Positions 11,531 to 24,905 of a stretch of DNA of 64,000 nucleotides are shown piece after piece; the first letter of the stretch is position 1; every line of letters begins with the position of its first letter. The notes beneath the pieces are model-generated. The model saw nothing but the letters and a program-made list of their open reading frames with translations. It had not been told where the DNA came from and did not search any database. The translations under genes were made by a program, and so were the position numbers. The stretch comes from Camelus dromedarius (lineage: Eukaryota). The stretch covers positions 101,496,001 to 101,560,000 of the forward strand of contig NC_087472.1 of the NCBI RefSeq assembly GCF_036321535.1. Direction: 5' to 3'.

Positions 11531-14500
11531 GTCTTAATGTCGCCTGTGATAGCATTTGACAAAGATAGAGCTTGCAAAAATCAAACAACAACAGCGAGAC
11601 CCCCAACTTACTGCAGCAGGGTTCCCAGGAGGAATGAAGCAGTTGACTTGCTCGCATTGGGCCGGCCTCGACTCTGCCTCCTTCGCTGGCTTTGGGCGAA
11701 GAGAGTGTGACGTGTGGGAGAGTGGCAGGCTGTCTGCAGCTCAGGCTGCTGTGAAACAGGCATCACCTCTGAGGACTGCAGTTTTTTTGGAGCCAGGTTT
11801 CCCAGTATACAAGTTCCTGCTTAGGTGTCAGCTGGGGTCTTTGAAAGGGCCATTGGCTGCTGCAGGTTCTGTGGGCTGTGATTTGTGACTTGAAAATCTC
11901 CAGCGCCAAGATTTTCCCACTGGGAGCCCTATAAGGCTGGGTCCAGACAACTTCAAAAGATGCTCAACTTAACTATAAGGGAGCTGGGGCCTTGGGAAAA
12001 GCTGACCTGCCGCCGGACCCTGGGCCTCCAGGAGGGATTTTGGGGAGTGAAGAAAGGAACAAAGAGGCCTGCACCTGTGGCGTTTTCCGACTTCCTGGTG
12101 TCTGCAGCACCTAAACTCTGGCCCCGCTCTCTAGCAGGAGCTCTGGGACGACCCCTGTGTCCCTGGCATTCCTTCCACCTGCCTGTGTACCCCCCGCCAC
12201 CCTGTCTCCCCATGGCTCTCCGTGGCCAACTTCATGCCGGCCCTGGAGTATGCTTGGCCCAGACACAGGGCCAGCAAGAGGCACTGGAGTTACAACTGGA
12301 ACCAGCGCTGCACTGGAAATGGGAGGCAGTCCCCGCAGCTTCGCCATCTCAGCAGAGCCAGCTCTGAGGTTAACTCCCAGAGGGACTGAGCCCCGCTGCC
12401 CACAGCAGGACCTCATCACGGAGCCTGAGACCAGCTGCCTGCCCGTTCCCACTCCCCCAACCCCGCGCTGGAGCTGCCTGGGCCCCCTCCCACATCATCC
12501 CAGAGGCTGCACTGAGGGATCCCAAGCGAAGCCATGCTTCTCCCCAAACTAAAACACTCTCTGGCACATAGATTCATTTTGTCTGGGAATTTTGTGAATT
12601 CCATGGTGCCTTTTGACCACCCACTCTGGGGTTCAGCCAAACCAGCGCCAGTGTTCTTTGCTGTGGAGAAGTTTGAGATCAGTGGCTGACCCAGGGGAGA
12701 GCAGTAATAAATCGTATTTCACTTTCGAGCTACAATGAAGACAGCCAGCCTTCATCCCATTGCTCCCCGTCAGTGTCGCTCTCCATACTGTGCACAATGG
12801 ATGTGACACTAGAAAGTTGTGGTTAAATGAAATCATTTAAGACACCCACAAGGGACGTGGAGAAGGTGGGGGTGGAGGGAGCAGCATGGGGGGTGGGCAT
12901 TGCAATTTCAGGAGATTCCATGCCATTCTGTAGCCCCAAGAAAAATGGCTTATTATTAAATACAGAACGAGAAAGAAACAACAGGAATTATATCTCTTCC
13001 ATGATAGGTCATTTCTTTAAAAAAATAAAACGATAAAATCGAATAGTTTCAATTTGTTGAGGGCATAAGACTCCCGAATAAATTTTTCCTTTTGTCTTTG
13101 ATTTTCCAAAATGCAGTTGTAATGCAGGTATGAACATTTGAAAAGAATTCTAAGTTGAATCATTAGGGGGAGAAAAATCATAATGTGCAAGGCAGTTTGT
13201 CCAGTTTCTTTCTAATCTTTTCTTGGAGAGATATTTTTCCACGTAACCAAAGGAAGGAAACAGAGGAGGAAGGTGGGGTTTGGGGCAGAGAGCTATTATT
13301 AGACAGAACATTCGATGATTTGAGTTTTGAGTTTGCAGTTCTAGAAGGATAAACATACGGATCCATGTCTGTGGGACTGGGGCAGTCGGAGGCCTCCTGC
13401 GTTGAGGGAGGGCAGGATGTCACACTGCAGATACAGATAATAGTCCATCTATGTGGAGGGCGCAGTTGGAGCAGCAGGGCTGTGTTGGGGGGCATTTGAG
13501 GGCACAGATAAACTCACCTTACAGGGATTGAGATGGTAGAGGGGACGGGTGGGTTCTGGGTTCTGAAAGTCTCCCTTTGGCTTGGTTCTCATCACTGCCC
13601 TGGCACATTTAGAAGCACACAAGCCGTTTCAGCTACATTCTGTTAACCTTTCCCCAGGGCTGTATTTGCCTGTGTTGAGCCGGCACAACACTGCACACGT
13701 TTTCTGAACGTTTTTTGCTGTTTCACTGATTGTGGAATTAGAAGCCTACTCTGTCTGGTAAAAGTAGGTCAGGGAAGTTCCTGACTTCGCCATGCTGCTA
13801 ATAGATTTCTGAATGGCAGTATCAGGGTGCCTGGATGTGACATTAGAGCAGAACAATGGTGATCACTCACTGATGATTTGAGCGTGAGTCATTCTTTTCT
13901 CCAACAGGAGCACGTGTGGGCACGGTCTTGCGGATTGCAGGTGCTGTGGAGAAGTGAGCCAGCACCGGACTGTTCATTTAGAAGTAAAGAAGGGCCATAG
14001 CTCTCCACATCTCCTCTTCTGGTGGCTCTCTGCCATTTCCCTGTCCCATCGCCCCTCCCTCCTCTCCTATAAGCTCTCATGGCTTGACCATCTCACCTCT
14101 TCTTCAGAGCTTCCTTCTTTTTTCTCTTCATGCTTTCTTCTCTTCCCACATTATTCCAGCTTTAGGATACCATTGGCCACACAGAACCCATAGAAAATGA
14201 CACTGCATAGCCTTATGATAAAATAGTTAAGCCATTGGGTTGCCCTCGGGAAAAAAGTAAATTGAATCAAATTATTAAGACCCAGACATTGTCAAATTCA
14301 CCATCTGGGCATTTCTACTGTCAGGTCATTATTTAGGTATGGTGTGCTGTGTCTCTCTTGCTCGCTCGCTCTTTTTTTTTTGTAATTTTTAATATGAGCA
14401 ATTTTTGTTTAAACCACTTCTTTCTTCTAGCTCCAGACAATGGCAGTCATAATCGTGTCTGACCAAAACATATTGCTTGTGTGTGTTTATGTTTAATTTG

Positions 14501-15074
14501 AAAAATGAGAACAGTGATTTCTTTGAAGGCTCATACTCACCCAGAGCTAGCATGCCATTGGTTGCTTTAGAATCCAGAATTTCCTAGAGGAGAGAGAGTA
14601 AATCAACATAAAATGGTGTAATAAATCCTCTTAAATAACAACCAGGTAGTAAATTAACATATACACGACCTTTGAAATGATTATGTACAGGGAAGTCAAA
14701 TCCACCAAACAGCTGGCTGGATGCCTGCCCTTGACTAATAGGCTAAGAGATACAGCTGCTGGAAAGATATTGGAGAGTGAGTCCTAAATGCAGAAAGCTG
14801 TCTTTTGTTTAAAAAAATAGAAAAGATCAGATCCTTCGTTTGACAAACCCTAATTTCATTGAGATTGACAGCACTGCCTTTGTCGGCCGTACATTTAACA
14901 AATGAGATTGAACAACCATGCCACTCAATTTCATCTAATTTAACTTGACAACCAAAGCAGGTAGGTAGAATGATGTACTTACAGAGGGGGTGAGAATGCT
15001 TCCTGGGTCAGTAACAGGACTTGCTGGATCAGGCTGAAAGCGAAGAGCAAACTCTGTTGCTTTTGTGTTTTTGT

Positions 15075-15465
15075 TTTCTTAATTGATCTATAAAAAGTAC
15101 AAGTCAGTTCATCTTAAAAGGTACAACTTAATAAATGTTTGCAAATGTGTACATTTACATGGCCACCATCCAAATCAAGATATAGGACATTTCCATCCCT
15201 GCAAAAAGCTCACTTCCTAAACAGTGTAACCCCCCTCTCCTGCCGTCAAGGTAACCACTATCCTGACTTCTAACAGTTTTTGAAAAACAGTCACCTGTTT
15301 TTGAACTTCGTATAAAGTGTCCTTTTGTGTCTGTTTTCTTTCACTCAATGTGAAATTCATCCATGTTGTGCATATCAGTAATTCACTCTGTTATTATTCT
15401 GTAATATTCCATTTTGTGAATGGTTTATGTATTATTGATGGACATTTGGGTCATTTCCAGTTTCC
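15075..15465 (-). mobile_element. Old L1M 3' fragment
   Basis: catcttaaaaggtacaactt...ccaccatccaaatcaagatataggacatttccatc...gtaaccactatcctgacttctaac...gatggacatttgggtcatttccag. Confidence 0.8.
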
Positions 15466-16221
15466 CTCTTGCCTTCAGTTTTAGCTCATTTTTCTAGATA
15501 GTCTATAGAAGGTCATCCTAGAAATAAGCAAGAATGATATGCCTGAGGGTGAATTTGTTCCAAACTGGTATCAAAATCCACTTACCATCACATAAGCAAG
15601 TGTTCTGTCTCCTGAGTGAAAGGACCATCTTGGGTTATCTTTCTCCTAAGAATCAAGCCAGCTCCATGTTCTCTCATCCCATCCCCCACAGAATTGTGGG
15701 TCAAGGACTGCTTCATCGCCTTGCCGACTTCAACCCTGAAATGGAGGGAGGGGAGGTGAGCAGGGCCTGCGGCCAGTTATAGCAAGACAGCTTAGCCAAC
15801 AGATGGGAGGGTGGGTCTTGGGGTGGATTTGGAGGCAGCTAGGAAGGGAGAGGAGCAGTTTCTCATCTGGAGTGCCTGTGTATCTGGCACCATGCCCACC
15901 TCTGGGCAGATTCAGGGATGCAGCTTAAATGTGAGCGTCCTTCCTGATTTTTCTGACACCTTCCATTCTCTGAATCTGGGAAATAAAGAACCCATTATCA
16001 TCTCTCCTAAAGAAACTGACCAAGCAGCAGGGCTAGGGTAGGCATTTGTCACTGGGCAGAAACGGGGCACAAAGGACTGTCATCTTTGAAGCTACCCTCC
16101 CCTCTGCCCCGCTGCTGACGGGTAGGTAAGACAGGCAGCTGTACTTACAAGTGCAGAGGGCTGGGACCTTCTGGGAGGGGCAGGACTGCAAGCTGGATCT
16201 CGTGGTGTGGAAACAGAGGGA

Positions 16222-16329
16222 GAGGGTAAGCCGTTTAATCATCCCAGCTTGCCTGGGACTGTCTCAGGGTGAGCACTGAAAGTCCCAAGTCCTGAAAAGC
16301 CCCTCAGTCCAGGGAGGTTGGTCATCCTA
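16222..16329. mobile_element. MER81/MER94-like MITE, opposite orientation to the 3210 copy
   Basis: cccagcttgcctgggactgtc...gcactgaaagtccc...cccctcagtcc...gttggtcatccta. Confidence 0.7.
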
Positions 16330-16344
16330 AAACAGGAAGACCTT

Positions 16345-16600
16345 TTCATTTACTTATTTGTGCATTCAGTTAACAAATATTACTGAACTTCTAGTACAGA
16401 TCATGCCCCTGCAAGGTTTGGGGGTAGAGTGGCAATCAAGAGGGCAATCAAGAGGGCAAGTGGCAATCAAGTACTCTACCCCCCATGCAGAGTACTTCCT
16501 CTAGAGAGGATGGTGGGATTTGAAGAAGTGATTACAATCCAGTGCAACGGATACGAGTGCTTTAATTGAGAAAATACTGGAGGCTATGGAAGCAGGGGTG
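16345..16600 (-). mobile_element. L2 3' end fragment
   Basis: cattcagttaacaaatattactgaac...ctctagagagg...gattacaatccagtg...gaggctatggaagca. Confidence 0.55.
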
Positions 16601-18999
16601 GGGGGAGGGTGGGGGCGGGGGCAACAATCCACTATAGATTCTTTATCTCCTTAGCAGATCCACAAAGTTCTAGAGCTGCTCAGAAAAACAATTTACAGCA
16701 AACTCTATACATTCAAAATGGCCATGGTACAAAGAGGGTGGGGGTGAGGGTGATAAGGAAGTAGACAGATTTAGGTCTGTGAAGTAACCCTCCGTGCTGC
16801 TCAGACCCCCGGGCGTGCCTCCCTACATTTCTTCTCCCACTCAGAGGGCACCTATTGGGTGGTGTGAGCAGGCAGTTGTGTGGTGAGGAGATCTTGGAGT
16901 TGTCTGCGCCCATGAATCCACACTGACGAGTGAGCGTGCCCTGGCAAACTTTCTGCATCTTTTCAGGTCGTGTTGATAAAATGTGGTGGCGGGGGCAAGG
17001 ATGATGTACTAGGGTTAATAATGTAGTGTGTTTGTAAACAGGGCTCTAGGAGTGAAAAGTTAGTGCCAGAACAGAACAGCATGTACTTTTAAGTATCTAA
17101 AACTAATAGACATGTGGTCTTGCCTAAGAGGCCCAGTTATTGTTGGTTAAAAATTTTTTTAATGCTTTAGAAATATATGGCAACTGTTGTAAGATCTGCA
17201 GGGCTAGCCTGGTGCAGGTTCATCCATTCATTCATCCATCACATAGATATCTATTGATATATATGCCCCTGAGTATTTTACCTTCTACCCAGCTATCACA
17301 TGGAGCCAACAAAACAAAACAAATCACGCCAAACTATAGCCCTTTTCTCCATGAGAAGGTCCAAACGTTTAGTCCAGTATCAAAGACGCTGCCAAGCAGG
17401 ATGGATCTTGAATTTTAGAGCCTCTTTCTTCTATTTCTTAGCCTAGAGAGTGTCAGCGGTGTTTCTGTAAGGTGTGTCCTTCTATTGGTGTCTGTAGAAA
17501 AGGCAAGGATGGGAAGGGTATTTTCTAGAGGGGGGTTTTCATCAGGTGTTAGAAACTGCACAGATCCATTGGGCAAGGGTTTTTTCTTTGTTTTTGTTTG
17601 TTTTGCTTCTTTCCCTACCTTTGCCACTGTGTAATTAAAACTGAAATCCTTCCAAACGAATCTTTTTCTATCACACAAGTATCAGGGCACTGCACACTTG
17701 CTCTGAGTAGGGACCCTTTGAGGATTCCCAATTATCATGCATCCCTTTCCAGTCGAGCTGTGGCAGGTTAAGGAGGGACCATGATGCCCTCCCCTAGGTG
17801 ACCTCTGAGCTTTCCTTCGAAAGGAAGCAATAATGGAGACTTAGCCACGAGGAACAAAGTGCCTCTTCCCTGTACAGTTTGACAATGCCTTCCTTTGTAG
17901 CTAGTTCAGCACGCTTGTCCTGATTTATGATTTTTTGCCATCTGGTTTATTTCTCTTGTTGTTTTGTATTGTCTTAAATATGCCTGAGGCCATCTTCAAG
18001 TCTTTTCTTTAAAAAATACAAATTGAAAAAGCAAATCATAGGAGTGTCATTTGAAGGTTAGGGATGAAAGAAACGTTTAAATAGGACTTGGATCTTCCCT
18101 GTGAAGTTCAGTAGCTAAAAATAAAGTTCTTTTTACTTTGTTGATTACGTAAGAGAACACATTCTCAGATGTGAACGCTGTGGAATGTCTCGGGTGTTCG
18201 GAGAACTCTTGTTTGGGTTTTCTTAAACAGAGGTGCAAGAGCTCTACCAAACAGTTGAAGTCATTCAGTTAGTGATTGAGCGCCTGTGGGGTGCGAGCCA
18301 CTGTTGGGGGTCACTTTGTGATGCTAATGAGTTTTCACCAGAGGAAGGACTTGCTTTTCACTTGGTCTAACCTCAGTGCTCATTCTAGTCAGCCAGGTTA
18401 GTCTTTCTAAAGAAAACCTTGTGTGAGAAGGGAATGGGGAGGTAGTCCTTTTGTAAGAGGAAAGGGTGGAGTTAGGTGGGGGCAGTCTTTATTTTTAAAA
18501 GAGACAGTATTCTGGGTGCTGTGTGCTGTGTTCTGGGCAGCCATGAAATATCAGTGACCTGGATAACTATGTTTAAACCATGTTCTTATTAAAACCAGCA
18601 GTCCTGGCTTTCCCGGACAAAGAAATTCTGAAACAATTTTGGAAATACATTCACAAGAGTGGAATTCATAAATGGAACTGAACAGCCATCAGCTGCACTG
18701 TTTAGACATAAAGTTGGATGAGCAAAGGGGGAATTTTACAAGTATGGATTCAAAGCTTTTAAATGAACTTGCTTAATTGGTAGTAGTGATGTAGAGCATC
18801 TTGCTGGAAGGAAAACAAATCTTGTATCTAAAAAGTTTCTCTTAGATGTAAAAGCAAACTCAGCTTCAAACAATGCTTGGGAAATATCTTGGTTAAGGAT
18901 TTTGGAAGTGATTTAAGGATCATGGGTTAGTGCCTGGCGCTTGGTAAATTGCCCCACACAATTTAGAAACCTCATCAAGAGGCCCCTAAATCCAATCCG

Positions 19000-19156
19000 G
19001 CTGACCTTAGAGTCACCTGGGGGAAGTTTGGGACCTGCACATTCCTGGACCCCATCAGATGTATTGGGCCAGGCTCCTGGGGGTCAGACAGACAATCTGT
19101 ATGCTCAGAGGGCTCTCCTGGGGATTTTGATGGTTAGCCCAGTTTGAGAACCGCTG
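19000..19156. mobile_element. MER5-like MITE
   Basis: ttagagtcacctggggg...aatctgtat...gggattttgatg...gcccagtttgagaaccgctg. Confidence 0.6.
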
Positions 19157-20344
19157 GCCTGGTCCATTCCTCTGGACAGGATCCTATCCATACCATCCCA
19201 CACAATTTTTTGCCACACAACTGGCCATGAAATAGCATCTCTGCAAATGCCATTGACTCTGGATCATACGTTTATTCATTAGCTGAAGCCCAATTTTAAA
19301 ATCCAATGAAGTATATGATTCCTTTAAATGACTTTGAATCAAGTCACATACCGTGTTTCTCAAGGTTTATTTTTGTTCGTTATTATTCTGCTGAGTGCTC
19401 AGGACATATGACTGATCTTGGGTTGGTGGGCTAGAGACAGAAATAACTTTTGGATCCCTCGGAATCCAAAGGTTCCGGGGTGGTTAAAAGGATAAATGGT
19501 GATAGGAGAATGAAAGGACGAACACTGGCGCGGGAGCGAACAAAAATTCGACAAGGCTCTACTCTTGGCCACACAGTGTGAGGCCCTTTTACAGCGTCCC
19601 CGACTGACCCTCACAGTATCTTTCCAAGGATGCTGGGAACCCCACTTCACAAGTGGGAGGGGTCAAGTGATGATCCCTGGTCGCAGAGCTCAGGGGCAGA
19701 GGCAGCACTGAAGCCAGGCCTTCAAGATTTCCCCCCAACCTAGTTCCCCACTCTCTCCCACCCCAAGTCTGATCCCGAGTTTTCATCTTCTTATCAGCAA
19801 TAAAGAGCATTTGAAATATTCTGGGGTTCTGCCCTGGGGTCCAGCTTGGAGATCTGGTTCAGCCCCAGCTGGCCTCATCCAGGTCCACTTGCTTCTCAAG
19901 AGACCTCTGTAATCTAGTCGGAGGAATGGCACATTCTGTCCTGATTTAGCATGTTTGAGAGCAATCAAAGGTAGGACTGTTGGTTTCTGAATTATACATA
20001 GGCTTCCCTTCATCTCTAGAATGTAATTAAGAAAAAGGGCTCGAGGAATACCAAGTTCCAAGCCAAGCGTCTTACAAAGCTGCCAGAGGAAGCAGATATT
20101 AGCAGCCTCTGCTGTGTGCCCTGTAGCTGGGGCTGCTCTTAGCTGCTCAGCAGGCGGGAGCGGCCGTAGTGCCAGGAGGCAGCAAAGAGGCAGGCAAGCA
20201 AAGGCTCTTGCCTTCTGTCCTTCAAGTTTTGTAGAGGTGAAGCTGGAGCCAGGCTGGCATTTCTTGGGGATTCTCAGATGGGCCTTCCCTTGCTGGCCTT
20301 ACCACCATTTGTATTAATTTTCTGAAAGGTGGTCTCTGGACCAC

Positions 20345-20564
20345 CAGTGCTACTCACCCTTAGAACTGTTGACTTTGGGGTCCAGATCATCTGTTGTGGG
20401 GACCATCCTGCGCATTGGAGGATGTTTAGCAACATCCTTGGCCTCCACCCACCAGACGCCTGAGCATCCTCCTCTCCTAAGTTGTGACAACAAAAAATAT
20501 CTCCAGCCATTGCCAAATGTCCCCTTGGCAGCAGGGACAGGATCATACCAGGTTGAGAACAGCG
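20345..20564 (-). mobile_element. MER20 (hAT-Charlie)
   Basis: ggatgtttagcaacatccttggcctccacccaccagacgcc...gttgtgacaacaaaaaatatctccagccattgccaaatgtcccc...gttgagaac. Confidence 0.85.
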
Positions 20565-20769
20565 GGCCTGGACCTAGAGTAGAAATAGTAAAGGAAGGAG
20601 AGGTCTGCTGTGGGGAGAGGGAGTGCTGGGTGGAAGTGCTGGCAGGACCCCCAAAATTCCCATCTCCCCACCTACCCTCAGGTGTCTCAAGTGTGTGATT
20701 TCACCACCCAGGGTTCCCTTAAGGGGTCAGTCCCCAACTTTCCCATTTGCCCTGCCTGTCCTTGGTACA

Positions 20770-20960
20770 CAGTGCTGGGGCCCTAGTTCAAATCCTAGCT
20801 CTGCCACTGAGTAGCAGGTCCCCTGTTCTTTTCACGCCACCATTTCCTCATCCATAAAGTAGTGATAATAGTAGCACCCCCCTTGTGGGGTTGTTGGTGA
20901 GGATTGGATATTTATAAACATTTAGCAGAGAACCAGCACATAAAAAGTACTTTGTATGAA
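20770..20960 (+). mobile_element. MIR SINE
   Basis: gttcaaatcctagctctgccact...tttcctcatcc...gataatagtagcacc...gttgttggtgaggatt...catttagcagag. Confidence 0.75.
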
Positions 20961-21395
20961 AGTGTTTTGTAAAGAAAACATAAAAAATCTGGATGAAGAA
21001 CCTCTGTTAAATACAGCCGCTCAACAAATGTTTCTTGGGTGCTGAACATAGCTGCACCCCTACCTTCCAGGTGCTCGGAGCTCGGCCGTGAGCCAACAAC
21101 AACTTGCGAGTGTAAGTCAGTGAGTTTGTCTGAAGTGCAGCCCTGGCCGTGCTCTCCCGCAGAGCCCAGGGAAGGCCCACCATCTGGCCTCAGCGCCCAC
21201 GGGATGCTTCTCATTCATCAGAAGTGGACCCTGCTTTACCTTGCCCTCAGCTCAGCACGCTGTTTGACAGCGTCTCAGTCCTACATAGCCTCAGCTCTAG
21301 CCACAATCAGTGCAACCCGTGATTTAAAATTTAGGGGCACCTCTGTGAGGAATTTGAGGCATTCCAGTCTTTGGGTGCACTAGTTTGGAACCCTG

Positions 21396-21485
21396 TCCTT
21401 CCTTCCTCCCTCCCTCCTTCCTTCCTTCCCTCTCTCTTCTCCTCCCTTTCTCCCTCCCTCCCTTCTTTCCTCCCTTCCTTCCTCC
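21396..21485. repeat. Polypyrimidine (CCTT/CCCT)n tract
   Basis: ccttccttcctccctccctccttccttccttccc... Confidence 0.9.
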
Positions 21486-22140
21486 AAACAGATCTTCATT
21501 GAGTACTGTCTGTGAACTGAGTGTGATTCCAGGTGCTGGGGATACTGCCATGAACACGGCAGGTGGGGAGCTTACCTTCCAGGGAAGGGAGGAGACAGAC
21601 TATAAACAGTAAATCAAGGGGAAAAAAGACAATTTGCAAAGGTGATAGATGCTGAAGAAAAGACACACAGAAACTGAGATGAGAGAGAATAGCTGGGATG
21701 AAGAGGGGGCTTACAGATGGTCATAGAATCTTCTCTAACAACACTGTTTTGATTTGAGACTTAAAGGATGACAAGAAACCAGCTGTGAGAAGGACATTCC
21801 GAGCTGAGGAAACAGTCAATGCAACGGCCCTGAGGCAGGAAAGAGTTTACCAAAGAAGTTACCAAAGTAACTTCTGAGAGAAGTATTCTGATGGAGGAGG
21901 AAAGTGATAGGAGCCGAAACTGGAAAGGGTTAAAGTGGGGCCAATCTGCTAGGGCTTTGTAGGGCTGGGCTTTTAGTTTAAAGTACAATGAGAAGCCATT
22001 GGAGAGTTTTATGCAGCTGAGTAAAACAATCTGATTTATGTTTGAAAATAAGGAAGGAATGGCCAACCATGTGGAATGCTGCAGAGATGAGTAAGATGAG
22101 GGCTGGCTCTCAGTGGGTCTGGCCACGTGGTCAACGTGAG
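21486..22140 (-). mobile_element. L2 3' region
   Basis: aaacagatcttcattgagtac...gtgctggggatactgccatgaaca...gagcttaccttccag...ggaaacagtcaatgcaacggccctgaggcagga...gaagccattggagagttttatgcag. Confidence 0.8.
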
Positions 22141-24254
22141 GTCACAAGAGCAGTTGTGGTGGAGCAGGAGACAGCAGCTGCACCCTCTGTCTTTTGGTTT
22201 TAGAACATACAGTCTCGCCAAGGAATAGGCATTGGCATTGGAAGGGATCAATAATTTGATAACATTTCTTAACACTACTTTGGTCAGTTTTCAGGGAGTT
22301 ATTCGGCTTGAATGTTCTCTTTAATAAGAGACTGACTACAATGGTCACAACGATGGTGGTGGTGGTGGTGTCATCCTTGATGTCCATGGCATCACCACGT
22401 ACCTCTAGTGATTTCCAATTGTGGGACAGTGCCAGCCTGGCCACACACAGCCGCTGGGCCTTTGGGCGGTCCATGACCCGTGTTCATTGCAGAATGGCTA
22501 GCTAAGCCTTGGGGCTGCCTGTGGCACAGAACTACCCAGGGCCCTTCGAAGTGGGCCATGCAGGGCTCGGAGTGGTGACCTCAGCCTCTGGTGCCATGTT
22601 CTGATGGCTGTCCTCTGTATGGCCTTTCACTTCTAAAGTCCACCCATCTCTTTAACCTTGCCTGAACTTTTAAGCCCAAGAATGGTAGGAAATCCTTCAG
22701 AATAAACCCTTAAAGAGGCATTTGACAAAGCATATATAAACTTACACTTGGTGAAAAGTGACTGTAGAAAAAAAGTATGTTTAGCCCAAGCTTAAATATT
22801 ACCGTGCTTTTCCTGTGGTCTCCCACAGCATTTTGGAACCCTGACATTTTTCCTGACTGATCGTTCCCTTTGATTTTTTTTTTTCTTTTCTTTTTTTTTT
22901 TTTTTTTTGCCTCCACTGCTTTGATTTTGTAACACAAGAATAATATTTTTTCTGGACTAAACTTCTTATAAGTGGTCTTACCCGGGGAATGTTTTTAAAT
23001 TTAAAGATGATTCTATTTTCTCTTAAGTACCAAGAAGTACATACACAGACAAACACATTTAATAGCTTCAGATGGGATCGTTTGACTTTGTAAGGGCATG
23101 TTTGCAAAATTTGTTCCTCTTGATTCCAGCTCCTGAGTCAGCTCCTAAGTCGAAGTCCCATCATTTTAATGCTGTTGCACAGATAATGGAGAAAATCCCT
23201 CACCACCTTCGTGGTAGAGGTCCTGTCCTGAGGGGCAGACCTTGGTTCTGGGCAAATGGATTCACCCTCATGTATGGTACCTTCAGGATGAACTCAAAGG
23301 CGAATCCATCCTGTTTTCAGAAAAGGGAAGGTTTTAACTCCCTCAAATTCAATACCCATCTTCAGTGTGTTGGACAAGGCTTCAGAGTGCCGACACCTTT
23401 GTTGCTACCAGCCAGCAGGAATGGGTCAGGTCAGTCACCACGTGGGGGCACATTTTGCAGTTAACCCATCGTGGACTAGGGAAGGGGCTGATAGAGGGCT
23501 GCTCTGTTCCAACTCTAACATCGGGCCCTGCCTTCCTGTGATTTTTTTTAAAATAGTTTAGGCGACTGGTTGGTGGGACTTTTCTATGATCTCCTATCTA
23601 AGAGGGCCTGTCTTGTGCTTATGCCACTGAACTCTGGGGGGTCTAAGCTGAGTTCTTATCTGAAAGTCTGTGCAAATCTCAATCCCTAATGAAAGAAAAA
23701 AACTGGCCTTGCCTGAGGGTTCCTTTCTCCCTCTGCCCACGGAACGGGAATTGCAAGAGCGTGGTCGCGCTAGACTGTAGGCTCCCTCTTCTGCTGCCAA
23801 TGGATCTCTCTTTCATCAGAACTGCAGGCACTTGGGAGAAAATCCAGCCAGGGCCTACATTGCCTTGGGGTGATTCCAAGAAGTAGATTTTCTGGGTCAG
23901 TGGGTATGAATGCTTTTAAATTGGCCTCCAGAAAGTTTTTAACCAATTTTACTTCCATATCAGCAGACATTTGCTATGGTGCAGTATCCACTCACTCACT
24001 CATTCATTCATTCACCCATCCACATCTCTGTGTACTCACTCATTAATGCCACACCAAGACGGTGTCCCAGGCACCATGGACTCATACACAGTCCTGGTCA
24101 GTTCCTGCCCTGGATGTGATGTGGGGATTTTTCTCTGTCTCTGTGAAGAGAATTGAGACTGTGTGTCTGCGCCTGTTGAGGACTGACCAGGATGAGCACT
24201 CATTCATGTCGGGGGCGGGGGGGGTGTGTGTGTGGCAGACCTGAAGGTGGAGTC

Positions 24255-24400
24255 CTCACCCCGGCTGCACGTTGGGATCACCTAAGGAACTCTAACAAAT
24301 CCCGATGCCTGAGCCAACCACACGAGATCCTCATTTCGTTGGTCTGAGATGTGGCCCGGGTATAGCTCCCCAGCCAAGTCTCATTTGCAGCCGGAGTTGA
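24255..24400. mobile_element. MER5-like MITE
   Basis: ggctgcacgttgggatcacctaaggaact...gatgcctgagcc...ttggtctgagatgtggcccggg. Confidence 0.6.
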
Positions 24401-24694
24401 TTGTCCCTCCGTACCCTGTATCCCGGGGAGTCTGGCCTAATGAAAACCCTCCACCAGGTCCCCACTGTCTCTGCTCTTGACCTTACACTTGTCACTTCAG
24501 ACTTGCTGGCAGTTACTGTTTCTTTGTGCACCTTGCCCACAGTGGCCAGCACCATGCCAGGCTTAAAACTGCTGAGAAGAAAAATCACCTTCCTTTCATC
24601 CTATTTATTGCATAGTTATAGTTTAAAATGAAAATTTCACCTCATTTATTTAGCACTCCACAGTGAGGGTCCTTTGGCACCCTGTCTTTATTAT

Positions 24695-24905
24695 AATAAC
24701 AATAGCCAACCCCTGGTGAGCGCTTACTGTATGCCAGGAACTGTTCTAAGTGTTTTTGCACGTTAACTCACTCACTCCGCAGCCGCAGTGTAGATACTGT
24801 TATATCCCCCATTGTACAGATGAGGACGCTGAGGCCACCAGAGATTCCGGAACGTGCTCCTGCTCCCACAGACCGTCCGTGGCTGAGCTGGGCATCTCCA
24901 GCCTA
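24695..24905 (-). mobile_element. MIR SINE
   Basis: aataacaatagccaac...gagcgcttactgtatgccaggaactgttctaagtg...ccccattgtacagatgagga. Confidence 0.8.

Noticed and set aside
16431..16471. CRISPR-like direct repeats
   Set aside because: The units are only 10 bp with 2-9 bp spacers in a mammalian genome; this is not a CRISPR array.
8884..18152. Scattered D-box/PAR-bZIP words (TTATGTAA 8884, TTACGTAA 18145) as a circadian signature
   Set aside because: Isolated 8-mers occur at about chance frequency in 64 kb, and one lies within an MLT1 LTR.
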